64,000 nt of DNA from the NCBI GenBank assembly GCA_965243135.1, contig OZ251539.1, positions 3,712,001-3,776,000 on the forward strand. Reading direction: 5' to 3'. Source of the stretch: Alphaproteobacteria bacterium (GTDB lineage: Bacteria > Pseudomonadota > Alphaproteobacteria > MPNO01 > UBA830). The notes below the pieces were generated by a model that was given only the letters and a program-made list of their open reading frames with translations, was not told where the DNA came from and did not search any database. The translations under genes and the position numbers were made by a program. This document shows positions 21,748 to 30,967 of the stretch, piece after piece (within the stretch, counting starts at the first letter, position 1; each line of letters begins with the position of its first letter).

Positions 21748-21922
21748 CGCGCGAAGCCCGGCAAGCCGCACCGCCCGACGCAGCCCTCTCTCGCGGCTGC
21801 CGCTCGCCGCGCTTCGGAGACCCAGGGCGCAGTGAAAGCGCCGAGATCCGCCCCGAAGCCGGCGGCGCGAAACGGGGCGGCGCAGACCTTCGCCTCCGGA
21901 CGGACGGCGGCCGACGAAAAAA

Positions 21923-21951
21923 TTGAACGGCGCGAACGCCTGGCGTATGAT
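21923..21951 (+). promoter_or_regulatory. Sigma70-type promoter, cassette 2
   Basis: TTGAAC-N17-TATGAT. Confidence 0.65.
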
Positions 21952-21986
21952 CGCTGTCCCGAACTCGCCGAAGCAGGGTGAAACTC

Positions 21987-22262
21987 ATGGAACAGTTCTC
22001 TCCCGAACTAATCGCCATTCTTGGCGTCGGCGTTGCGGTTATGGGGCTGGTTCTTCATCAGGGCCGTCGGCTCGACCGCCGGATCGACGCCCTCGCCGTG
22101 CACATGAACGAACAACACCGGCAGACGAACGAGCAATTCCGGCAGACGAACGAGCAAATCCGGATTTTGAGCGATCGCGTGGCGCGGATCGAGGGCAAGC
22201 TCGATCTGTTCGAGACTTTCATCGCGCACCGGAGCGAACCGCCGACCGTGGCGGCGGAATAG
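21987..22262 (+). CDS. Small N-terminal TM + coiled-coil protein, copy 2
   Basis: Near-identical to copy 1, with an in-frame 21-nt indel. Confidence 0.75.
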   Translation: MEQFSPELIAILGVGVAVMGLVLHQGRRLDRRIDALAVHMNEQHRQTNEQFRQTNEQIRILSDRVARIEGKLDLFETFIAHRSEPPTVAAE

Positions 22263-22530
22263 CGCGCGAAGCCCGGCAAGCCGCACCGCCCGACGCAGCC
22301 CTCTCTCGCGGCTGCCGCTCGCCGCGCTTCGGAGACCCAGGGCGCAGTGAAAGCGCCCGGCCCGCCCCGAAGCCGGCGGCGCGAAACGGGGCGGCGCAGA
22401 CCTTCGCCTCCGGACGGACGGCGGCCGACGAAAAAATTGAACGGCGCGAACGCCTCCCGCCGGCCCCGGTCTTTCGACCGGCCCGCAATGGTGCTACCGT
22501 GGAACGCTCATTCCGTTCGGAGCGAAGAAC

Positions 22531-23649
22531 ATGACCTCTCGAACTTCTCCTCCCTACCGGGCGGACCATGTCGGCAGCCTGCTGCGGCCAGCGGAACTGC
22601 TCGCAGCGCGCGACCGGCATGCCGCAGGCGAACTCGACGACGCCGGCCTCCGCGCCGTCGAAGACGCCTGCATCCGCGAGGCGGTCGAACTGCAGGAAAG
22701 CATCGGCCTCCAGGGGATTACCGACGGCGAGTTCCGCCGCACTTTCTGGCACCTGGATTTTCTGGAGCAGATCGAAGGCGTGGAAGTGACGCAAGGCGGC
22801 TTCGCCGCCCATTTTCGCAAGGACGACGGCACCGAAGTGGGCTTCGTGCCCCCCGTCATGAAGGTGAACGGACAGCTGCGGCACGTCCGCGAAATCCAGG
22901 CGCGGGACTTCGAGTTCCTGAAATCGGTCGTCGGCCGGACGCCCAAAGTCTGCATACCCTCGCCGTCCATGCTGCATTTCCGCGGCGGACGCAAGGCGAT
23001 CGACGAGAAGGCGTATCCGGACATGGACGGCTTCTACGCCGACCTCGCCGACGTCTACAACCGCGAGGTCATGGCGCTGGCCGGCCTCGGCCTGCGCTAC
23101 CTCCAGCTCGACGACACCAACTTCGCCTATCTCTGCGACGACGGAATTCGCGAGGCGACGCGGGCGCTCGGCGAGGATCCCGACGCGCTGCCCCGCACCT
23201 ACTGCAGGCTGCTCAACGAATCCATCGCCGGCCGGCCGGAAGGCATGGCGGTCACGATTCACATGTGCCGCGGCAATTTCCGCAGCGCCTGGGTCGCGCA
23301 GGGCGGCTACGAGCCCGTCGCCGAAATCCTCTTCAACGAGCTGGACGTGGACGGCTTCTTCATGGAGTACGACGACGACAGGTCGGGCGACTTCGCGCCG
23401 TTGCGGTTTCTGCCGCCGGGCAAGATCGTGGTGCTGGGCATCATGACCTCGAAGCGTCCCGAGCTGGAGTCCGCGGACGCGCTCAAGCGCCGAATCGACG
23501 AGGCCGCCAAATTCGCGCCGATCGAACAGCTTGCGGTCAGCGCCCAGTGCGGCTTTTCGTCGACGGTCGAAGGCAACGAACTGACCATCGACGACGAGAA
23601 GGCCAAGCTGCGCCGGCTCGTCGAGGTGGCCGAGGACGTATGGGGATGA
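22531..23649 (+). CDS. Cobalamin-independent methionine synthase II-like protein (MetE C-terminal domain only)
   Basis: RADHVGSLLRP, TDGEFRR, HMCRGN, SAQCGFSS. Confidence 0.9.
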   Translation: MTSRTSPPYRADHVGSLLRPAELLAARDRHAAGELDDAGLRAVEDACIREAVELQESIGLQGITDGEFRRTFWHLDFLEQIEGVEVTQGGFAAHFRKDDGTEVGFVPPVMKVNGQLRHVREIQARDFEFLKSVVGRTPKVCIPSPSMLHFRGGRKAIDEKAYPDMDGFYADLADVYNREVMALAGLGLRYLQLDDTNFAYLCDDGIREATRALGEDPDALPRTYCRLLNESIAGRPEGMAVTIHMCRGNFRSAWVAQGGYEPVAEILFNELDVDGFFMEYDDDRSGDFAPLRFLPPGKIVVLGIMTSKRPELESADALKRRIDEAAKFAPIEQLAVSAQCGFSSTVEGNELTIDDEKAKLRRLVEVAEDVWG

Positions 23650-23678
23650 CGCGGAGAACAGCCCGCCGGAGCGGAAAG

Positions 23679-23753
23679 TGGAGCGGGCGATGAGATTCGA
23701 ACTCACGACTTCAACCTTGGCAAGGTTGCGCTCTACCCCTGAGCTACGCCCGC
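23679..23753 (-). tRNA. tRNA-Gly(GCC)
   Basis: GCGGGCGTAGCTCAGGGGTAGAGCGCAACCTTGCCAAGGTTG...GTTCGAATC...CGCTCCA cloverleaf with encoded CCA. Confidence 0.97.
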
Positions 23754-23826
23754 ATCCTCGTCGGCCAATATACGCCTCCCCGGACGGGTTGGCAAGAGGG
23801 CGCCGGCCGAGCGAAACCTCGCCGCA

Positions 23827-24408
23827 ATGAACGGGGCGCTTCGCTCGGTGCCGGGCAAGGCGACGCCGGAAGACCTCTTCGCGCGCCTCGAAGCGCTCGG
23901 CATCGAGACGACGACGCATGCGCACCGGCCCGTGGTCACGGTTTCCGATAACCGCGAACTGCGGGGCGACCTTCCCGGAGCGCATTGCAAGACCCTGTTC
24001 CTGAAGGACGCGAAGGATGCGCTGTGGCTCGTCGTGGTCGAGGAGAGCAAAAGACTCGACATGAAAAGGCTCGCGACCGAGATCGGGTCCGCCCGATTGA
24101 GTTTCGCGCGGCCCGAACGGGTGAGGGAGCATCTCGGAGTCGAGCCGGGCGCCGTGACCCCGTTCTCGCTGATCAACGGAGCCCGGGTCGCCGTCGTGCT
24201 GGATGCCGAGGTGATGGCGGCGGACGTCGCGAATTTTCACCCGCTCGTGAACGATCGGACGACCGCGATCCGGCCGCCGGATCTGCTGCGTTTCATCGAG
24301 GACTGCGGCCGGTCGCCGCGCGTGGTCGATCTCGAACCCGCCGCCGGGCAGGCGCCGGGACTTGCCAGCGGCTGCGCAACGCGCCATCTTCGGACAACGC
24401 GTCCGTAA
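23827..24408 (+). CDS. ProX/YbaK-family aminoacyl-tRNA editing protein
   Basis: HCKTLFLKD, RLSFA, GVEPGAVTPF, NFHPLVND. Confidence 0.88.
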   Translation: MNGALRSVPGKATPEDLFARLEALGIETTTHAHRPVVTVSDNRELRGDLPGAHCKTLFLKDAKDALWLVVVEESKRLDMKRLATEIGSARLSFARPERVREHLGVEPGAVTPFSLINGARVAVVLDAEVMAADVANFHPLVNDRTTAIRPPDLLRFIEDCGRSPRVVDLEPAAGQAPGLASGCATRHLRTTRP

Positions 24409-24422
24409 CGGGATCTGGATCA

Positions 24423-25319
24423 ATGGAAACGATAGGCAACGCCGACTTGGTAACGGACGTCACCATCGAGAACTTCCAGAAGGAAGTGCTCGAAGCCTCG
24501 ATGACGACTCCCGTCGTCGTCGACTTCTGGGCCACTTGGTGCGGTCCATGCAAGCAGCTTACGCCGATCCTCGAAAAGGTGGTCCGCGAATCGGGAGGCG
24601 CCGTCAGGCTCGCCAAGATCGACATCGATCAAAACCGGACGATCGCGCAGCAGATGGGCATCCAGTCGGTGCCGACGGTTTTCGGTTTCTTCGACGGCCG
24701 TCCGGTCGACGGGTTCCAAGGAGCGCTCCCCGAAAGCCAGGTCAGGGATTTCGTCGACCGGCTGGCCGCCGCGGCCGGGACCGCGCAGGACGACCCGATA
24801 GCCGATGCCATGGACCAGGCCAGGGAGGCGCTCGAAACCGAGCGATACGACGTGGCCGCCGCCATCTTCGGCCAGGTGATCGGCCACGCGCCGGACAACG
24901 ACGACGCGGTCGCGGGGTTGGCGCGGGCTCTGGCGGCGCAAGGCGAAACGGACCAGGCGGCGGACATACTCGACGGAATGTCCGAAGAGCAGGCCGCGCA
25001 CCCGGACGCCGCCGCCGCGCGCTCGGCGGTGGATCTCGCGCGGCAGAGCGCCGCCGTGGGCGACCTCTCCCCGCTCGAGGCGCGCGTGGCCGCCGACCCG
25101 AAAGACCTGTCGGCGCGCTTCGATCTCGCCACCGGCCTGTTCGGCGCGGGACGCCGCGGCGAGGCGATCGATCACCTCGTGGAAATCCTCAAAGCGGACC
25201 GGAACTGGAACGATCAGGCCGCCCGGACGCAGCTGATCCAGTTCTTCGAGGCGATGGGGCCGACGGACGAGGAGACGGTGGTCGGCCGCCGCAAAATGTC
25301 GTCCGTTCTGTTTTCGTGA
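24423..25319 (+). CDS. cnoX: Thioredoxin-TPR chaperedoxin (YbbN/CnoX)
   Basis: WCGPC plus a TPR C-terminus ending RRKMSSVLFS. Confidence 0.9.
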   Translation: METIGNADLVTDVTIENFQKEVLEASMTTPVVVDFWATWCGPCKQLTPILEKVVRESGGAVRLAKIDIDQNRTIAQQMGIQSVPTVFGFFDGRPVDGFQGALPESQVRDFVDRLAAAAGTAQDDPIADAMDQAREALETERYDVAAAIFGQVIGHAPDNDDAVAGLARALAAQGETDQAADILDGMSEEQAAHPDAAAARSAVDLARQSAAVGDLSPLEARVAADPKDLSARFDLATGLFGAGRRGEAIDHLVEILKADRNWNDQAARTQLIQFFEAMGPTDEETVVGRRKMSSVLFS

Positions 25320-25322
25320 CGA

Positions 25323-25967
25323 ATGCCCGGCGCGCCGCGTTACGAAAACCTGCCGCGGGAAATTCCCCTCTTTCCGCTGACGGGCGTTCTGCTGCTGCCG
25401 GGCTCGCGGTTGCCTCTCAACGTCTTCGAACCGCGCTACCTCAACATGACCGACGCGGCTCTCGCCGGACCGCGCCTGATCGGGATGATCCAGCCGAAGG
25501 GCGGCGACGGCGGACACCCGGAACTCTACAGCGCCGGCTGCGCGGGCCGCATCGTGTCGTTCAGCGAGACCGAGGACGGCCGATACCTCATTACCCTGAC
25601 CGGACTGCTGCGGTTCGGGTTCGAAGGGGAATTGCCGCTGCGCGACGGCTATCGCGTGGCGTTGGCGAACTGGGCGCCGTTTCGAGGCGACCTCGACGAG
25701 GAATCGGGCGAGGGCGTCGACCGACCGCGCATATTGCACGCCCTGCGGGCCTACTTCACGGTCAACAAGGTGGAGGCCAACTGGCCGGCGATCGAGGAAA
25801 CCCGCGCCGATCGCTTGGTCAACTCCCTCGCCATGATGATTCCGTTTCAGCCCAACGAGAAGCAGGCGCTGCTGGAGGCGGTCACGCTGGCGGACAGGGC
25901 CGACGTGCTCGTGGCGTTGCTGGAAATGGCCCTGGCGGCCAACGAGGACTTCGAACGCCGCAACTGA
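25323..25967 (+). CDS. LON peptidase N-terminal substrate-binding domain protein
   Basis: PLFPL, LPLNVFEPRY. Confidence 0.9.
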   Translation: MPGAPRYENLPREIPLFPLTGVLLLPGSRLPLNVFEPRYLNMTDAALAGPRLIGMIQPKGGDGGHPELYSAGCAGRIVSFSETEDGRYLITLTGLLRFGFEGELPLRDGYRVALANWAPFRGDLDEESGEGVDRPRILHALRAYFTVNKVEANWPAIEETRADRLVNSLAMMIPFQPNEKQALLEAVTLADRADVLVALLEMALAANEDFERRN

Positions 25968-25994
25968 ACGCGGGCGGACCGCGCCGGAGGAACA

Positions 25995-26186
25995 GTGACC
26001 GCGAATCGACAAGGCATCGACCCCAGGCTCCTCGAAATTCTCGTCTGCCCGCTCACCAAGGGACCGCTCGTCTACGACGAGGAAGCGCAGGAACTCGTCA
26101 GCGAACGGGCGGGACTCGCCTATCCGATCCGCGACGGCATTCCGATCATGCTGGTCGACGAAGCGCGGCGGATCGACCCGGAGTGA
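25995..26186 (+). CDS. Trm112 family protein (YcaR-like)
   Basis: [20 protein letters not shown]. Confidence 0.9.
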   Translation: MTANRQGIDPRLLEILVCPLTKGPLVYDEEAQELVSERAGLAYPIRDGIPIMLVDEARRIDPE

Positions 26187-26205
26187 CGGTCGGGCCGCCG
26201 CGGCG

Positions 26206-26565
26206 ATGAGTCCGGTTCCGCCGCGCCCGGTCCAAATCACGGTCCGGCGCGCGGAGCGGATTCTCCATATCGCGTTCGACGACGGCGCATCCTTCGAGTT
26301 GCCGGCCGAATACCTGCGGGTCGAAAGCCCGTCCGCGGAGGTGCAGGGTCACGGACGGAAAACCCTCGTCGCCGGCCGCCGCCATGTCGGCATCGCAGAC
26401 GTCGAACCGGTCGGCAACTACGCCGTTCGGATCGTTTTCGACGACCTGCACGACACGGGGATCTACTCTTGGGAGTATCTCCGCCTGCTCGGCAGGGAGC
26501 GAGAGACGCGCTGGCGGACCTATCTCGCGGAACTGGAGGCGGCGGGGTTGAGCCGCGAGCCGTAG
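26206..26565 (+). CDS. DUF971 / GBBH-like N-terminal domain protein
   Basis: EYLRVESPSAEVQGH, VGNYA, HDTGIYSW. Confidence 0.9.
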   Translation: MSPVPPRPVQITVRRAERILHIAFDDGASFELPAEYLRVESPSAEVQGHGRKTLVAGRRHVGIADVEPVGNYAVRIVFDDLHDTGIYSWEYLRLLGRERETRWRTYLAELEAAGLSREP

Positions 26566-26631
26566 GTTCGGCGGCGACGCCGGCGCGAAGGACAGGGTTG
26601 CGGACGCAGGGCGGTCGCCGGCCCCTCGCCG

Positions 26632-27813
26632 TTACAAGGGCAAGCCTCTCGCCAGGCGCGGAAGGTTGCCGGCGAGGCCCATGGCGTGCCGCATGAACAG
26701 GCGCCTGAGAGGGCCGGCCCGGCCTACGGCGGAAAGGCCGAGTCCGCGAAGCAGGCGAACGGGCGGGATGTCGTTGGAAAACAGCCGGTTCAGCGCGTCC
26801 GTCATCGACAACATCGCTAGGTTGTCGGCGCGCCGCCAGCGTTCGTAGCGGGCGAGCGCGGCGGCGTCCCCGGGATCGAGGCCGAGTCGCAGCGCATCCG
26901 CGACCACTTCGGCGAGCGCCGCGACGTCGCGCAAGCCGATATTGAAGCCCTGCCCCGCGATAGGGTGGATCGCGTGCGCGGAGTCGCCCGCGAGCGCGAG
27001 ACGCGGCGCGACGTAGCGTCGGGCGTGCACGACCGACAGAGGGTAGGACCAGCGGCGTCCGATCGGCGTCACGCGCCCGAGGAAGCCGCCGAACCTTCGG
27101 CCAAGCTCTTCGGCGAACGCGTCCGCGTCGAGCGACAGGTAGGTCGGCGCGCGCTCGGCGCGTTCCGTCCACACGATGGAGGACCGCCGTCCCGTCATGG
27201 GCAGGATGGCGAACGGCCCGGCCGGCATGAAGTGCTCGTAGGCGACGCCCCGATGCGGCAGCTCGTGCGCGACGGCGCAGACGATCGCGGCTTGCGGATA
27301 GGACCAGCGCAACGTTTCGATCCCGGCGGCGGTTCGCAGCGGAGATTCCCTGCCGTCGGCCGCGATCACCAGCCTGGCCTGGAGCGAAGTCCCGTCGTCG
27401 AGCGCCAGGATTCCTTCGCCCTTCGCCGCCGCCCGGACGCCGTCGAATACGAGAGCGTCCGAACGGGAGAGAGAACGGGCCAGCGCGCGGCGGATCGCGG
27501 CGTTCTCCACGATCCATCCCAGCGGCCCCTCCTCCATCTCGCCGTGATCGAAATGGAGAAACGCGCCGCCGGCGGCGACTCGTATCTCGCGGATCGGCTG
27601 AGCGTCGGGCGCCAGCTGCGCCCACAGTCCGAGGCCCTGCAGCAGACGCTGCGAAGCGGCGGCGATCGCCGATCCCCGTCCGTCGGATTCCGCGAGCCGG
27701 GCGATCGGACGGCGCTCGACCAGCGCGACGCGCGCGCCGATTCCGGCGAGACCGACGGCAAGGCAGATGCCCACCATTCCGCCGCCGGCCACGGCGATGT
27801 CGACCTTTTCCAT
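26632..27813 (-). CDS. UbiH/UbiF/VisC-family FAD-dependent ubiquinone hydroxylase
   Basis: GGGMVG, AADG, GDSAHAIHPIAGQGFNIGLRD. Confidence 0.92.
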   Translation of the reverse strand: MEKVDIAVAGGGMVGICLAVGLAGIGARVALVERRPIARLAESDGRGSAIAAASQRLLQGLGLWAQLAPDAQPIREIRVAAGGAFLHFDHGEMEEGPLGWIVENAAIRRALARSLSRSDALVFDGVRAAAKGEGILALDDGTSLQARLVIAADGRESPLRTAAGIETLRWSYPQAAIVCAVAHELPHRGVAYEHFMPAGPFAILPMTGRRSSIVWTERAERAPTYLSLDADAFAEELGRRFGGFLGRVTPIGRRWSYPLSVVHARRYVAPRLALAGDSAHAIHPIAGQGFNIGLRDVAALAEVVADALRLGLDPGDAAALARYERWRRADNLAMLSMTDALNRLFSNDIPPVRLLRGLGLSAVGRAGPLRRLFMRHAMGLAGNLPRLARGLPL

Positions 27814-27858
27814 TGCGGCAGAATGAAGGGATCGGGTTTTCCTGTCCATGCCCGCTTC

Positions 27859-27899
27859 TGCGCAAAAATGCGCCATCGATCTTGCACAAGGATGCGCCA
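27859..27899. promoter_or_regulatory. Two putative NtrC-type enhancer sites
   Basis: TGCGCAAAAATGCGCCA and TGCACAAGGATGCGCCA (17 bp each), about 130-170 bp upstream of a sigma54 promoter. Confidence 0.5.
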
Positions 27900-27945
27900 G
27901 AATTCGGGAGCGCGGGTCCGGCGCCGCGTCGACTCGCGCCGCAGC

Positions 27946-28008
27946 CGGAACCCGGCGGCGCGCTGCGGATCGGACGGAACCCGGCGGCGCGCTGCGGATC
28001 GGACGGAA
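27946..28008. repeat. 29-bp tandem duplication
   Basis: CGGAACCCGGCGGCGCGCTGCGGATCGGA x2 plus CGGAA. Confidence 0.85.
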
Positions 28009-28030
28009 AATCCGCGCCGACGGCGCGAAA

Positions 28031-28046
28031 CGGCACGAAAATTGCT
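28031..28046 (+). promoter_or_regulatory. Sigma54 (-24/-12) promoter of amtB
   Basis: CGGCACG-AAAA-TTGCT. Confidence 0.75.
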
Positions 28047-28195
28047 TCCAATATGGCGGCGGGCGGAACGCGGGAGCGGCCGCCGTTCCGCGAGAGGAAC
28101 GCAGCGATGGGTTTTCCGACGCCGCAGGGCGCGGCGGCGCGCCGCTATCCCGCGCCGAACCGTCGAAGGGAAGACCGAGACTGCTGGAGGCAGAG

Positions 28196-29542
28196 ATGAA
28201 AAAATCGATTGCATGTTTGGCGTCGGCGTTCGTTCTGGCGGCGGGAACCGCGCAAGCCGCGACCGAAACCGCTTATATTCTCAACACCTTTTCGTTCCTG
28301 GTGCACGGCTTTCTCGTCATGTTCATGGCGGCGGGCTTCGCCATGCTCGAAGCCGGGTTGGTCAGATCCAGGAACACGGCGGCGATCTGCCTGAAGAACA
28401 TAGGGCTCTATTCGATCGCCGGCCTGACGTTCTACCTGATCGGGTATTCCCTGATGTATACGGATGTCGGGGCCAGCGGCGGATGGATCGGCGCGCTCGA
28501 CGTCTTCTACAACCCGTCCGCCGCGGAACTCGCCCTCATCAATGCGGACGAAAAAGCGCAGGCGGCCGCGGCGGCGGCGCTGCTCGAGGATTCGTCCTAC
28601 GCTTCCATGTCCGACTGGTTCTTCCAGATGGTGTTCGTCGCCACCGCAGCCTCCGTCGTGTCGGGAGCGTTGGCCGAACGGGTCAGGATATGGCCGTTCT
28701 TCCTCTTCGTCGCGGCGCTGACGGCCGTCGTCTATCCAATGCAAGGCTCCTGGGCATGGGGCGGAGGCTGGCTCGCCGAGATGGGGTTCTCGGATTTCGC
28801 CGGCTCCACCCTGGTGCACTCCACGGGAGGCTGGGCGGCGCTCGCGGGCGCGATCGTGATCGGCGCCCGCCGCGGGAAGTACGGTCCGGCCGGGCGCGTC
28901 AATCCGATGCCCGGAGCCAATCTGCCGCTGGCGACGCTGGGCGCCTTCGTATTGTGGTTCGGCTGGTTCGGTTTCAACGGCGGATCGCAGCTCGCGCTCG
29001 GTTCGGCGCTCGACGCCTCGGCGATGGCGATCGTCTACGTGAACACCAACCTCGCGGCCGCCGCGGGCGTCGTCGTCGCGATGCTGTTGACCCAAGCCCT
29101 GTACAAGAAGATGGATCTCACCCTGTGCCTCAACGGCGCCATCGGCGGACTGGTGGCGATAACGGCCGGTCCCGATCTCCAGCATCACGGCATCGCGATG
29201 ATCGTCGGCGGCGTCGGTGGCGCTCTGGTCGTGTTCTCGGTGCCGCTGCTCGACAAGTTCCGGATCGACGACGTGGTCGGCGCGATTCCCGCCCATCTGA
29301 TCTGCGGGATCTGGGGAACCCTCGCGGTCGGCATCTTCGGCGCGGGCGCGTTCCTGGTCCAGCTCGCGGGCGTCGCCGCCGTCGGCGCCTTCGTTTTCGC
29401 GGTCAGCCTGATCCTCTGGACCGTTCTCAAGGTCACGATCGGCGTTCGGCCCGGGGAAGAGGCGGAATCGGCCGGCCTCGACCAGACCGAGCTCGGGCTG
29501 GAAGCGTATCCGGAGTTCGGCCGCGGATCGCAGCTCGGCTGA
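28196..29542 (+). CDS. amtB: Ammonium transporter
   Basis: GFAMLEAG, DFAGSTLVH, WFGWFGFNGGS, IDDVVGAIPAH; GGAGG RBS. Confidence 0.95.
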   Translation: MKKSIACLASAFVLAAGTAQAATETAYILNTFSFLVHGFLVMFMAAGFAMLEAGLVRSRNTAAICLKNIGLYSIAGLTFYLIGYSLMYTDVGASGGWIGALDVFYNPSAAELALINADEKAQAAAAAALLEDSSYASMSDWFFQMVFVATAASVVSGALAERVRIWPFFLFVAALTAVVYPMQGSWAWGGGWLAEMGFSDFAGSTLVHSTGGWAALAGAIVIGARRGKYGPAGRVNPMPGANLPLATLGAFVLWFGWFGFNGGSQLALGSALDASAMAIVYVNTNLAAAAGVVVAMLLTQALYKKMDLTLCLNGAIGGLVAITAGPDLQHHGIAMIVGGVGGALVVFSVPLLDKFRIDDVVGAIPAHLICGIWGTLAVGIFGAGAFLVQLAGVAAVGAFVFAVSLILWTVLKVTIGVRPGEEAESAGLDQTELGLEAYPEFGRGSQLG

Positions 29543-29548
29543 CGCTTC

Positions 29549-29583
29549 GCCGCGGCGCCCGCGAACGGCGCCGCGGCCCCTTT
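29549..29583 (+). terminator. Putative intrinsic terminator after amtB
   Basis: GCCGCGGCGCC/GGCGCCGCGGC stem with a weak T tail. Confidence 0.5.
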
Positions 29584-29766
29584 CGTTCGTCAAACGTTCG
29601 TTTCGAAACCGGAACGAACCGAATCACGCCGCAGATTGTGGAAGGGTAGCGGATTATACCGAAATCGTGTAATCTCGCGTCATGTTCCACGAGTCTGACG
29701 TTCGTTTTCCGCGGCGGGTTTTATGATTTGTTCTCATGCCTCGCATGCCGGCGCTCGGGCGGCGCC

Positions 29767-30951
29767 ATGCGGTTGAACGCGCGCCTCGACGCGGTCGGCG
29801 ATTATCCGTTCGACCGGTTGCGAAGCCTGCTCGGCGACTCGGAGCCGCCGGCCGGAATCGAACCGATCATGTTGTCGCTCGGCGAACCGCGGCACGACCC
29901 GCCGCCGGCTCTCGCGCAGGCCGTCGCCGAAGCGGGTTCCGGATGGTCCAGATACCCTCCGATGAGGGGGACGCAGGACGTGCGCGCGGCCGTCGCCGGC
30001 TGGCTCGGCCGGCGCTACGGCCTGCCGGACGGCATGATCGACCCGGAGACGATGATCGTCCCGGTTTCGGGGACGCGCGAAGCGTTGTTCATGGTCGCGC
30101 TCGCCGCCGTGCACGGGGAAGGCGGCGACCCGCTGGTTCTCATGCCCAATCCCTTCTATCAGGTCTATCTCGGCGCGGCGGTCATGGCGGGCGCGGCCCC
30201 CATGTTCGTGCCGGCCGGCCGGGAAGACGGCTTCCTGCCCGATTACCCGGGCCTTCCCGAGGAGACGCTCGCGCGCGCCGCGATGGCCTATTACTGCTCG
30301 CCCGCCAACCCGCAGGGCGCCGCGGCTTCGCTCGACGTCCTGAAGGCGCTGGTCGAGCTGGCGCGCGAGCGCGACTTCCTGATCGTGTTCGACGAGTGCT
30401 ACAGCGAACTCTACTATGGAGATCCGCCCGCGGGCGGCCTCGAAGCGTGCGCGGCGCTCGGCGGCGGCGTGCGCAACGTGATCGTGATGAACTCCCTGTC
30501 CAAGCGCTCCAGCGCGCCCGGGCTCCGCTCGGGTTTCGCGGCGGGCGACCCCGACGCGATACGGCGCTTCGTCCGGCTGCGCGACTACGGCGGCGCGCCG
30601 CCGCCGCTGCCGTTGCTGGCCGCCGCCGCCGCACTGTGGCGCGACGAAAGCCATGTCGCGGCCAACCGGGCGCTCTACGCGGCCAAGTTCGACGCGGCCG
30701 GCGAGATCCTGGGCGACCGCTACGGCTACTATGCGCCCGAGGGCGGCTTCTATCTCTGGCTCGACGTCGGCGACGGCGAAGACGCGGCGCGGCGGCTGTG
30801 GCGCGAGGCCGGCGTCCGGGTCGTTCCCGGCGAGTACCTTTCGCGCGAAGCGAACGGACGCAACCCGGGCGCGGGCTACATCCGGCTCGCCCTGGTGCAC
30901 GACGTCGACGCGACTCGCGAGGCGCTCTCGCGGATGACAGCGGTGCTTTGA
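29767..30951 (+). CDS. dapC: Class I/II aminotransferase (succinyldiaminopimelate transaminase-like)
   Basis: YPFDRL, GTREALF, NPFYQVY, DECYSE, SLSKRS. Confidence 0.8.
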   Translation: MRLNARLDAVGDYPFDRLRSLLGDSEPPAGIEPIMLSLGEPRHDPPPALAQAVAEAGSGWSRYPPMRGTQDVRAAVAGWLGRRYGLPDGMIDPETMIVPVSGTREALFMVALAAVHGEGGDPLVLMPNPFYQVYLGAAVMAGAAPMFVPAGREDGFLPDYPGLPEETLARAAMAYYCSPANPQGAAASLDVLKALVELARERDFLIVFDECYSELYYGDPPAGGLEACAALGGGVRNVIVMNSLSKRSSAPGLRSGFAAGDPDAIRRFVRLRDYGGAPPPLPLLAAAAALWRDESHVAANRALYAAKFDAAGEILGDRYGYYAPEGGFYLWLDVGDGEDAARRLWREAGVRVVPGEYLSREANGRNPGAGYIRLALVHDVDATREALSRMTAVL

Positions 30952-30967
30952 AAACGGGAGATCCATC

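Larger units (their letters stand above)
21244..22455 (+). repeat. Tandem array of 2.3 units (535 bp, 515 bp, 162 bp partial)
   Basis: Units start CGCAGCCCTCTCTCGCGG at 21244, 21779 and 22294. Confidence 0.92.

Noticed and set aside
21244-22455. CRISPR array or integron attC cassette array
   Set aside because: Units are over 500 bp with near-identical content, no unique spacers, no clear attC boxes, and no cas or intI gene in the window.
22294-22530. Cobalamin or SAM riboswitch upstream of the MetE-like gene
   Set aside because: No recognisable B12-box or SAM consensus; most of the region is the third repeat copy.
23679-23753. tRNA-Gly as an island attachment site
   Set aside because: No duplicated tRNA 3' end and no integrase seen in the window.
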